DNA from: Mytilus californianus
Lineage: Eukaryota
Assembly: GCF_021869535.1 (NCBI RefSeq)
Contig: NW_026262581.1
Location: 115,568,001 to 115,632,000 of the forward strand
Length of the DNA stretch: 64,000 nt
Direction of reading: 5' to 3'
Shown: piece by piece, positions 54,836 to 64,000 of the stretch
How positions within the stretch are numbered: position 1 is the first letter of the stretch
Layout: each line of letters starts with the position of its first letter
Translations under genes and position numbers: made by a program
The notes under the pieces: model-generated
What the model saw: the letters and a program-made list of their open reading frames with translations, nothing else
Told to the model about the DNA's origin: nothing
Database searches by the model: none

Positions 54836-55320
54836 AGTGGCGTAGCTAGGCGGAAACTCGGAAGCCAAGGCTTCAACATCGTTTTGTCAAAAAATTAAAA
54901 ATAAAAACGAGCTAGAGGTATGAGAGAGAGGGAGGAGACTCCGAGTGAGAGAAAGTGAAGGGGAAAATAAATGGGCACTGTGCGGTTAAATAAACAAAAA
55001 GTTGTAGAAGTCAACTAGTCGATATCACTTCTCAGACTCCCGGCGTTCGTTCCAATCACCAGCGCGTTATTTCCCTTCTTTTTATAGCAGACGAATATTG
55101 TGTCTGCAGGGTGTTCTGCTATTTATGCAGAAAGAAAGACACAATGCAACACAGAATTGACAATGCCTGTGACCAATTCCACCGCTGAATCAACGCAGTT
55201 TCAGTGTCATGTGCCGGGTTAAAACATATCTGCGTTATACGATGACAACCGAACGACTATCGGGGCTATAGATGTATCCTTCACGCGTACAAGGAGACGT
55301 CCATTGATAAAGTAATTGAC
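54836..55320 (+). mobile_element. Decayed hAT-derived element with a transposase C-terminal dimerisation-domain relic
   Basis: Starts cagtggcgtagctagg. 55157..55320 reads LTMPVTNSTAE/RSFSVMCRVKTYLRYTMTTERLSGL*/ILHAYKETSIDKVID with a frameshift and a stop. Confidence 0.75.
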
Positions 55321-56153
55321 AGTAGGCTTGCTTTTTTTTTTGGTGAGAGAGATTGACTCTGACTCTTTTAATAATTCATATCCACACAAACAATTCAAAC
55401 GAGAAAACTAACGGCCTGATTTATGTGCAAAATAATGAAAGAAAAACAAATATGATACAGCAACAAACGACAACCATTACAATGACTTGGGACAGGCACA
55501 TACCGAATGTGGCGGGGCTAAACTAATTTGAAGGCGCCATCCTGTCCTAACCTGGGTACCCACTCTATTAACCTGAATATATTGTTTACATCTCATCTCC
55601 AAACAATTTTTAATGGTGTGGTTTTTGTCGAGCCTGTGACTTTTGTCACAAACGCGAGACATAGCGATCTTTACATTCCATCGTCGTCGGCGGCGGCGAC
55701 GTCCAGAAATATTCACTGTGTGGTTAAAGTTTTTGAAATTTTTTTTATGTCTCGCGTTAAAGTTTGGTATCATGTATCATGTTTTTTTATGTCTCGCGTT
55801 AAAGTTGAAAACGAGGTTCAATGGTGGAAGTTGGTTATTGGTACTCTCGTAAAATTTAAAGTTTTATTTAGTGAAAGGGGACTTCTAAAGTCCAATAAGT
55901 AGTGAAAAAACAGACAATTGACACTATCTAACACAATACATTCGAATTGCCCACACACAATTCCTAAATTATCATTATCCAGTATATAACAACGAGCCGG
56001 TAGGCAGGACCACTGACGAAGTTTCCCGCGCCATTTTGAATATAGGCCAAACATCAACAAAAACTTCTAAAGTAAACAATTCAATAATAAATATTAATAG
56101 AAATACACGCCCGCCTATCCCCTAACCGCGGTGAATTCATTTGAAATCCGCTC

Positions 56154-56885
56154 ATGTCAGAGAAGAAAATACGAGACTATTTACCAAAATCAAGACCGCC
56201 CTCAGTTGGCATAAAATCATTAACACCCGTCGTACTCTCCGACAGTAAAGGGGTCTATCTAAAGACCCAAGCCTATCATCCTGAAGACAAACAAATTATA
56301 TGGTGGAATAAAAGTGGAGCAAACATCAAAAACTCCCTACACTGGCTGGAGAGAAACATCAAAAGCAAAATAAAAGAATTGGGAAATATACATTTATACA
56401 TTTGGCTCGGAACATGCTACCTGACCTCAAAAAATAAAGACCGTACTATATCATTGGCAAGCCAACATTCTTCAGCAGCTAATAATATATTTGAAGATCT
56501 TAAAAAATTTCAAACACTAGTTCAACAATACCCAAACTCCAGATTAACATTCGTCGAAATTCCACACTATTCAATAACCAAATGGAACGCTCGAGCTAAA
56601 AACCCGTCTACTGAAGACCACATCAATCAAGACCAAGATTTACATGAACAGATAGTCGAAATAAATAAGAAAATTCAAGAACTGAACGCCTCCCTCAAAG
56701 TACAATCACCACTTCTTAATCTACACCTAAAAGCAAGTAAAAAGGTCAAAAGAGGCAAAGATAAACCGCGCAAGCAGTATATTAATTATCAGCTTTACCT
56801 CGATGGGATACACCCTAAGCCTATATTAGCCAAAGCTTGGCTCGCTGAATTCTCTACTCAGATCAGGACAGACTGTTGGCATTAA
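56154..56885 (+). CDS. SGNH/GDSL esterase-like ORF of the LINE, 243 aa
   Basis: Block I VVLSDS, block II SGA, block III IWLGTC and block V DGIHP in the expected order and spacing. Confidence 0.8.
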   Translation: MSEKKIRDYLPKSRPPSVGIKSLTPVVLSDSKGVYLKTQAYHPEDKQIIWWNKSGANIKNSLHWLERNIKSKIKELGNIHLYIWLGTCYLTSKNKDRTISLASQHSSAANNIFEDLKKFQTLVQQYPNSRLTFVEIPHYSITKWNARAKNPSTEDHINQDQDLHEQIVEINKKIQELNASLKVQSPLLNLHLKASKKVKRGKDKPRKQYINYQLYLDGIHPKPILAKAWLAEFSTQIRTDCWH

Positions 56886-57013
56886 ACAAAAACATAGTAT
56901 ATTTGGTGTGGATCAGAAGGCATGGGATGACCAAGCCACGCTGCTGAAGCACTAAGTATATTATTGAACATTTTCAACAGTCCGAACGAGAAACAACAAT
57001 CAAACGTATAAAC

Positions 57014-59025
57014 ATGGCTGCCCTAGTCGCTACAAGTAAATCACGTACTAGATCTAGAACCGTGGCAAATAAAGAATTTTGTATCCAAAATTACACCTTA
57101 AACATCACAAAGGCTATTAATAAAAAACTTGAGGCTACCAAAAGAAATATAAGTGTTGAATATAAACACACCAAAGGAGGGTTAGTACTAACGGCGGATG
57201 CGGTTACATTTGAATTGCTCAAACTAGCAACATTAAGCTACTTTGAAAACTTTGCCGAAAGCAAAGGCCAAGCAACCATCAGAGAAATAACAGATAGGTC
57301 ACAAACAACAGTAGTACAGCATATAGTCAAAGTGTCAGCAAATAAAGACAGCTATACAATTAACATATACAACACTACTAGCCGGCTATTAATTAATGGA
57401 AATGGTGCTAACAAATTCTTGGACAATGACATAAATAACATACATAACATTGTACTCAAAAGCCTACAAGAGCAAGGAGTTGAAGGACTGAGCACAGAAG
57501 AGCTGTATAGACAACTTGGCAACCAGTTGCAAAATCTTCTACACAAAGACAACAACTCAACCAACAGAAGAGAGACTAATGAAAAACTGGAAGTAGAAGA
57601 CGGCAATGAAACATGCACTAAATGCAATAAAAGATGCAAAACAAGGAGCACCTACTGTAATAAAGGAAGCCACTGGGTCCACTATAAGTGTCAAAAACTA
57701 AGTGAGCTGGAGATACAGAGAGCAGAAAACTCTAATGGTGATGAATATTATGAATGTAAACTCTGCATTGCTGCAAAATCAAATATACTAGCTCTAGAAG
57801 GAGGTACACAGAGCCACACAAATGCTCAGTTGCTGCTCGCAGAGGAAACTGAAGCTAAGAGAGGATACAACTCAGACGAGACACCCGACACACCTCCAGA
57901 AGAGCAAAATTGTACAGTATGTGATAATATACTTATGAATCCTGAATGGGATATATGCGAACAATGCAATAGCAAGTGCCACTTCAAGTGTATGACAGAA
58001 ATAAGCACAGCATACATATGCATACCCTGCATAATGATCCAAGACGAGTTACAACTTAAAACTCAAGAAAATGACAAAATCACAGCTAGTCCAAGTATAT
58101 GCAACAACACCTGCATTAAAAGCCCAATGAAATATCACGTAAACCAACGTCTGTGATAGCAACATCAACAACAAAGCCAAAACCAATACCAAAACCTAGG
58201 AAATTAAAACAAAATCAGAAAAGCTCTGAGCCTGAGGATGCAATCTTACCTAAACTGAGTGAATTAAGAGCAAGAGAACTCAAAGTAAGAAAAGCAGAAG
58301 AACAATTAAAAATCAAAGAGAAGTCCCTCAATGAGATACAAAATGATAGAGTACTATTAGAGTCCAGATGCCAACAGCTAGAGGCAAGAAACTTCGAACT
58401 AGAACAGACTGTTAAGCTGCTCAAGAGAAGAATAGAGTCGAATAGCAACCTAACTATACCGACATTGACCAACTCCAAGGAGTCAATGCAAGGCAACCAA
58501 GATAGTTTTCATAAAATGAAAGAGCAACTCGATGAAAAATTAGCAAAGCTATATACTAAACTTTCAAACATTGTGATAGATGAAATGGGTCGACAAATTG
58601 ACAAAATCAAGCCCTTTGATGACTGTCTACATACATCTGAAGAAAGATTAAAGGCAACCCAAGGGATGGAAGACGGAAACGTTCCTAGTAATATCAAAAA
58701 GCCTCAAAAGGAGAATATAGCAAATACATGTATCAGACAAGCAACACAACAGTTAACAGGACAACCCCTGATCTACAAACCACAAACGCCAAAACATCAA
58801 GGCCAGTACTATAACGCACCAGTATACATGCCAAGTTCAACAGTGGAAGCCCAAAAGAATGAACACCACGACGCTCGCCACATACAACCTTGGGCAAATA
58901 ACTGCTTGTACCCCCCAGTTCGTAATATGAATGTACAGAAACAAACAAGCCTAAGGAATACTACACAAACTCTAGTTCAACAGCCTTTTTTAGCAGTACA
59001 GAGCCTCAACCCAAGCCATATGTAA
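57014..59025 (+). CDS. LINE ORF1 (two PHD fingers plus coiled coil), split by a frameshift near 58118 into 57014..58156 and 58153..59025
   Basis: CTKC...C..C..WVHYKC...YECKLC and CTVC...CEQC...CHFKC...ICIPC are PHD patterns; LRARELKVRKAEEQLKIKEKSL...LEARNFELEQTVKLL is a heptad region. One extra A in attaaaagccc would fuse the two ORFs. Confidence 0.75.
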
Positions 59026-62000
59026 CCAACAAATCAAGCGTCAAAACACCAGAGAGTTCCCAACTGCATCTAATTTCATTTAACTGTAAAAACATAAAAA
59101 CCTGTGGTCCAATAATACACAAACTCCTACAATCTAACGACATAATTCTTATTCAGGAACATTGGCTATTTCAAACACAGATACATCTTCTTGGCGAAAT
59201 CCACGAAAACATAAATTACATAGGCAAAGGAGTTGATGTAAACGAACCACTGTTACCGATATGTATGCCCCGAGGATATGGAGGAGTGGCTATCTTGTGG
59301 AAGAGAGAAATTGACCACTTGATAAAGCCAATCGAACTAGGGTCAGAAAGGATACAGTGTGTGGAAATAAATGAAAACAACAATCCAAACATAATATTAA
59401 CATCAGTTTATCTGCCAGCAAAAGGGAGTAAAAATCATCTGTCTGAATACCAAGAAGTTATCGATCAATTATACGAACTATACCAAAAGTATAATGAAAC
59501 GCACAAAATCATCATAGGAGGCGATCTAAATGAAGATCTAAATATACAAACAGGCACGAAACGCAACCTCTATCTCCGTGATTTCATAAATGAATGCAAC
59601 CTGAAATACGACAATAGAGAAAGGACCTTTGTTAACTCACTTGGGCAGGAATCATCAGAAATAGACTATTTTCTGCACAAGCTGCCAGAAAATGAATTTG
59701 TCAACAAACAAGTACTCAACAACGTGACAGAAAACACATCCGATCATCACCCAATTCGTATGAGTACCAAATTCAGTTACGAATGCGCAAATATCAGTCA
59801 TGCGCAAGCTAGCAGCAAAATTGCAAAAAGGGTCAATTGGGACAAAGTAGACAAAGAATGGTATTCTGCTCACATCAACATGCATATAGACAGCCTCCAG
59901 ATAAGAGAAAATATGGAAGAAACATCAATTGAGCAAGCCACAACCAAATTATGTGAACTTCTTAGAGAAACAGCTAACCTAACATCATCATCAAAGGCAA
60001 AATTCAACGCAAAGCCGAAATTAAAAGTATGGACGCCCGAAATACAAGTAGCGTTGAAAATTGCAAGGCAAAAATATAATGTTTGCAAACATCACGGGAG
60101 ACCCAACAACAAAAGTAACGTAATGCTCCAGGAGAAAAATCAAACTAAGAAGAACGTCCGTCGGGCAATAAGAATAGAGATTGCTAAAATAAGAGACAAG
60201 GAGAAGGAAAATATTCTCGAAACAAGAGTAAAGGATACAAAAATGTTCCATAAACTCGTACGTAACAACAGGAAGAAAGGAAATGTAATCACGGAGCTAG
60301 AGGTTAACGGAGTCAAATACACAGAAAGTGAAAATATCATCACTGGATTTGAGGAACACTTTAGAAATCTAGCAACATTTAATAACCAGACAGACATAGA
60401 TAGCACATATCATAACCAAGTTGAAGATGATATTCAGAGTATAAACCGACTCGTGCAACGTAATAACATCAGAAACGTAACGCACAATGAAATTACAAAT
60501 GCAATCAGATCAATAAACAGAGGTAAATCTGCGGATTTCCAGGGCATAACCATCGAACATATTATCCATGCAGGATCCGACATAGAAACAACGTTAGTAA
60601 CACTCGTGGAATGTATCTTCAAGCACGGAATTGTATCAGCATCATTAAAAATGGGACTACTAACACCAGTTTTCAAAAATAAAGGAGCAAGACAGCAAGC
60701 TACCAACTATAGAGGAATTACAGTGCTACCAGTCATAGGCAAAATAATTGAAACCGTCATCAAAGAGCGTACGAATAACAAAGTATTAGAAACACAAAAT
60801 AAAAGACAGAGAGGTTTCACTGCAGGATCATCACCAATGAACTCAGCGCTGCCAATAGAAGAAAGTTACAGAGAATCCAACGACAACAACACAACTTTCC
60901 ACCTGGTACTCTTAGATGCCAAAGCAGCATTTGACACTGTTATTCATAGTCATATGCTCAGAAGAGTTTTTATGTCAGGAATTGATGATGGACACTGGGG
61001 ACTGATCAAAGATCTACATGAAAACGCTAAAAGTGCTATTAAATGGGAAGGAAACATCTCGCAGCCATTCAACGTTAACCAGGGAGTGCGACAAGGAGGT
61101 ATACTTAGCACCAATCTCTACAAAATATACATCAACCAGCTATTAAACATGTACGAAACAACTGAGGCAGGATATAGAATAGGAAACATAAGTGTAAATA
61201 GTACTGCATGTGCAGATGACATCGCACTAATTAGTGAAGAACCAGACCAAGCGCAACTGCTTATAAACATGGCATGTGATTATGCATATATGGAAGGCTA
61301 CCAATTACAACCTACCAAAAGTGTAGTCCTCAACGTAACCAACAGGAAGCGAAAACATGACCCCGAAACAACAACCTTTACTATGGGCCCCCACGAAATG
61401 CCATCAGTGAAGAGTGCCACACACTTAGGAATCATCAGAACCACGTCACTAAAAGAAAACATGACTGCTAACGTGGAGGAAAATATAAAAAAAGCAAGGA
61501 GAAGCGCATATAGCCTCCTTGGAAGAGGATTTCATGGTCATAACGGATTAGATGTAGAGACAATGGTGCATCTATACAAAATATATGTATCTCCAGTACT
61601 TCTCTATGGTCTAGAGCTAGTATTACCAACAGCAAGCTCATTAGCACTAGTCGAAAACTTCCAAAAAAAGCTACTTAAGCAAATACTTTCACTACCAACT
61701 TGCGTAGCAGATATAACTATTAACATCTTAACCGGAATACTACCAATAGAAGCCCAACTACATATCCGAGCACTTGGACTATTCAACAACATCTGTAAAC
61801 AGCCCGAAGAAAGCATAGAAAAATCACTAGCTAGACGACAACTTATCCTAAAAAACAACCAAAGTTCTAGTTGGTTTGTCGCTATAAAACATATGCTCAG
61901 GAAGTACGATCTACAAGAGGCTACATGGTATCTGGATAACCCCGTAAAAAAATCCTTATGGACCTCAAACATCAAGAGAACAGTACATAACTACTGGAGT

Positions 62001-62504
62001 AAACCAATAGTGCAACTACTGCCACTATATAATGGACTGGACCATCTCACAACAGGAAACCTGGAAAAAGGGAAAATTCATCCTCTGTTCAAAATTAACT
62101 GCCATTCAGCCATAGATACGACAACACTACCAGTTAAACTTAAGCTGCTTACTGGATCCTATATACTACAAAGCAAACGTATAAAAATGTACAAGGACGA
62201 AACCGATCCGAAATGCCTTCTATGCTCAAAGGATGACGAAACTGTGACCCATTTCATATTAAAATGTGAACAACTCCATAATGTAAGGAATAAGATACTA
62301 CTAGAAACAGGTGTTGTACTAGACAGTCTTGGAATCAAATTTAATGAACTTTTGGACAATGAAAAGTTGCAATTAATTCTGGACATCACACCGGTTGCAA
62401 CATCAAGAAAACTCTCTCCAGCCAGTGTAGCAAAAGTAGAACGCCTAACTAGACGCTTGATATACCAGCTACATATAGCCCGTTATAAGATAGTATGCGG
62501 TTGA
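58986..62504 (+). CDS. LINE ORF2: APE endonuclease, reverse transcriptase and C-terminal zinc knuckle; frame open upstream of the first ATG (59265)
   Basis: ISFNC...LIQEHW (upstream of ATG 59265), GGVAILW, GGDLN, IDYFL, SDHHPI; RT QRGF, LDAKAAFD, GVRQGGILS, CADD; CLLC...ETVTHFILKC. No stops over 1079 aa from ATG 59265. Confidence 0.92.
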   Translation, partial: FFSSTEPQPKPYVTNKSSVKTPESSQLHLISFNCKNIKTCGPIIHKLLQSNDIILIQEHWLFQTQIHLLGEIHENINYIGKGVDVNEPLLPICMPRGYGGVAILWKREIDHLIKPIELGSERIQCVEINENNNPNIILTSVYLPAKGSKNHLSEYQEVIDQLYELYQKYNETHKIIIGGDLNEDLNIQTGTKRNLYLRDFINECNLKYDNRERTFVNSLGQESSEIDYFLHKLPENEFVNKQVLNNVTENTSDHHPIRMSTKFSYECANISHAQASSKIAKRVNWDKVDKEWYSAHINMHIDSLQIRENMEETSIEQATTKLCELLRETANLTSSSKAKFNAKPKLKVWTPEIQVALKIARQKYNVCKHHGRPNNKSNVMLQEKNQTKKNVRRAIRIEIAKIRDKEKENILETRVKDTKMFHKLVRNNRKKGNVITELEVNGVKYTESENIITGFEEHFRNLATFNNQTDIDSTYHNQVEDDIQSINRLVQRNNIRNVTHNEITNAIRSINRGKSADFQGITIEHIIHAGSDIETTLVTLVECIFKHGIVSASLKMGLLTPVFKNKGARQQATNYRGITVLPVIGKIIETVIKERTNNKVLETQNKRQRGFTAGSSPMNSALPIEESYRESNDNNTTFHLVLLDAKAAFDTVIHSHMLRRVFMSGIDDGHWGLIKDLHENAKSAIKWEGNISQPFNVNQGVRQGGILSTNLYKIYINQLLNMYETTEAGYRIGNISVNSTACADDIALISEEPDQAQLLINMACDYAYMEGYQLQPTKSVVLNVTNRKRKHDPETTTFTMGPHEMPSVKSATHLGIIRTTSLKENMTANVEENIKKARRSAYSLLGRGFHGHNGLDVETMVHLYKIYVSPVLLYGLELVLPTASSLALVENFQKKLLKQILSLPTCVADITINILTGILPIEAQLHIRALGLFNNICKQPEESIEKSLARRQLILKNNQSSSWFVAIKHMLRKYDLQEATWYLDNPVKKSLWTSNIKRTVHNYWSKPIVQLLPLYNGLDHLTTGNLEKGKIHPLFKINCHSAIDTTTLPVKLKLLTGSYILQSKRIKMYKDETDPKCLLCSKDDETVTHFILKCEQLHNVRNKILLETGVVLDSLGIKFNELLDNEKLQLILDITPVATSRKLSPASVAKVERLTRRLIYQLHIARYKIVCG

Positions 62505-63546
62505 TAATAATAAGGATAATGACTTTAAAAGGAAAAGCTAACCACTACCATAACAGAAGAAACAATACCTTAGCCACAAAACTCATATATACTAGTCAAT
62601 TTACAGAGTGTAACATAATGAACCTATTTTACCATATATACATACTAGTGGTGACACTTTACTAAAGTGTGCGATCTTATATCGAAATTATCTTAAATTA
62701 TATATAGCCAACAGAATTTTAAGCAATATATGGATTATATAAAGGACTTTTTAGAAGAACCGAATATAACTTTTAGACAATACTTTACTATATATCTTTT
62801 AAATCATGAGGAAGAGGCACTCATTCTTTTATCATCTTACCGTGATAGGAAAACAAATGATAATGTTATTGATATCTTACAGAAATGAGTTATACTTTTA
62901 AAGCATATCTAGCTACGTATACAAAACGGTTAGGGTAACCGAAAACAAATGTGTAACATGCGTGTATATATATATAAAGAAAGAAAGGAATTTTATATTA
63001 TATAGTGACTGGCTTTTAACCACCGTATGATAGGCACAGAAACATTTTAATTATAAAACAAAGGATTTTTAATATAAGTGTGTGTGGGTAGGATTTCACT
63101 GTAAATATAGAGCACTGCAACATATTGGTGGAGGCATCACTGTACATAGAAATTGCGGATCACAAGTTCTACATACTAGCGTATGGTTCCTCTACAAAGG
63201 GGGTTAAAGATACAGAGGTAAGGTAAGGTTAATATTAATTATGTGGAAAACAAACGGGCCTGGAATGGTGTAATTTTTAATCAACACCATTGTCCTATAT
63301 TAGTTATATATAAAGCTGAATTCTTTGATTCGTCGTTTTTACGTCATGCCGGCTAACAAATTGGGCCTCGTTATTTTAGTAGTATAGACTAGAAAAAGGG
63401 TTGAAGACTACTTGAAATGTTTATGGTGATACACAGGTTGGGTTCGTGTTTCTCAAACTGTTTTTATGCACTGGTGCATTATGTTGATAGTTTTGATTAG
63501 TTTGTCATTTATTCTTCCATAGGAGTTTGAATGTCCAATTAGTAGC

Positions 63547-63960
63547 TTCTGTCTCGGTGTTACACAGGTGCTCCTAGAACGGAGGAAATAACTCAGAGAA
63601 GAAGAAGACAACCTAGAACACTGATTATAAAACATTTCTCAGTGGTGCTAGTTTGTAGTATTTCTTTTTTTTTTTCGAAAGGTGCGAGTCAAGTTCTGTC
63701 TCTATGAGATACAGGTGCTCCAAGAACGGAGGAAATAATAAACAGAAGACAATTTAGAACTCTCTGATTATTTAAAACATTTCTTCAGTGGTTCGAGTTT
63801 GTAGAATTTTTTTTTCCGAATGGTGCGAGTTCTGTCTCTGTGTGACACGGGTGCTCCGAGAAAGGAGGAATTTAGTAAGAGGAGAAGAAAACAATCTAAT
63901 GATTAAACACATTTCTTCGAATTTGTTATATTTCTTCTTTTTTTTTTGAATGGTGCGAGT
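63547..63960. repeat. Three diverged tandem units of about 135-145 bp
   Basis: Each starts ttctgtctc...caggtgctcc.agaacggagga and ends ...gaatggtgcgag. Confidence 0.75.
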
Positions 63961-64000
63961 TTGATAAAGTGATGTAAGTTGTAATAATAAGTGAGAGTGT

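Larger units (their letters stand above)
55880..63229 (+). mobile_element. Near-full-length APE-RT non-LTR retrotransposon (RTEX/CR1-L2-like), about 7.3 kb; 5' boundary uncertain
   Basis: Order: esterase ORF, PHD/coiled-coil ORF1, intact APE-RT-zinc knuckle ORF2, about 700-nt 3' UTR ending in aggtaaggtaagg. No TSD identified. Confidence 0.9.

Noticed and set aside
59655-62389. Minus-strand ORFs overlapping LINE ORF2
   Set aside because: Short antisense shadows of an A-rich coding strand with no motifs.
55850-63260. Target-site duplication around the LINE
   Set aside because: No matching flanking direct repeat found, so the 5' boundary stays uncertain.

Overview
AT-rich eukaryotic genomic DNA with GT-AG spliceosomal introns. 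The repeat families suggest a bivalve mollusc (Mytilus-like); this is inference, not a database result. All host genes are on the minus strand: (1) the 5' part of an SLC6 Na+/Cl- amino-acid/neurotransmitter transporter running off the left edge; (2) a two-exon secreted 294-aa precursor with 13 R-X-K-R sites that I cannot assign to a family; (3) a two-exon 107-aa secreted 10-Cys prokineticin/astakine-fold peptide; (4) a tandem array of SLC46 (PCFT/SLC46A3-like) MFS transporters, with three complete 4-exon genes plus the last two exons of a fourth. Mobile and repetitive DNA includes a near-full-length APE-RT LINE (about 55.9-63.2 kb) with a stand-alone SGNH esterase ORF, a PHD/coiled-coil ORF1 and an ORF2 that appears reachable only through a U_UUU_UUA -1 frameshift site. 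There are also Penelope-like fragments and repeats with decayed hammerhead ribozymes, a 5'-truncated LINE, MITEs, a Helentron-type (HINE) element, a hAT relic, a 4.65-kb 57-bp minisatellite with higher-order structure, a 26-bp minisatellite amplified from an exon-intron junction, and a 979-bp tandem duplication. I found no tRNA, rRNA or CRISPR array. Exon structures were built by hand from splice signals and phase matching and are unverified by transcripts.
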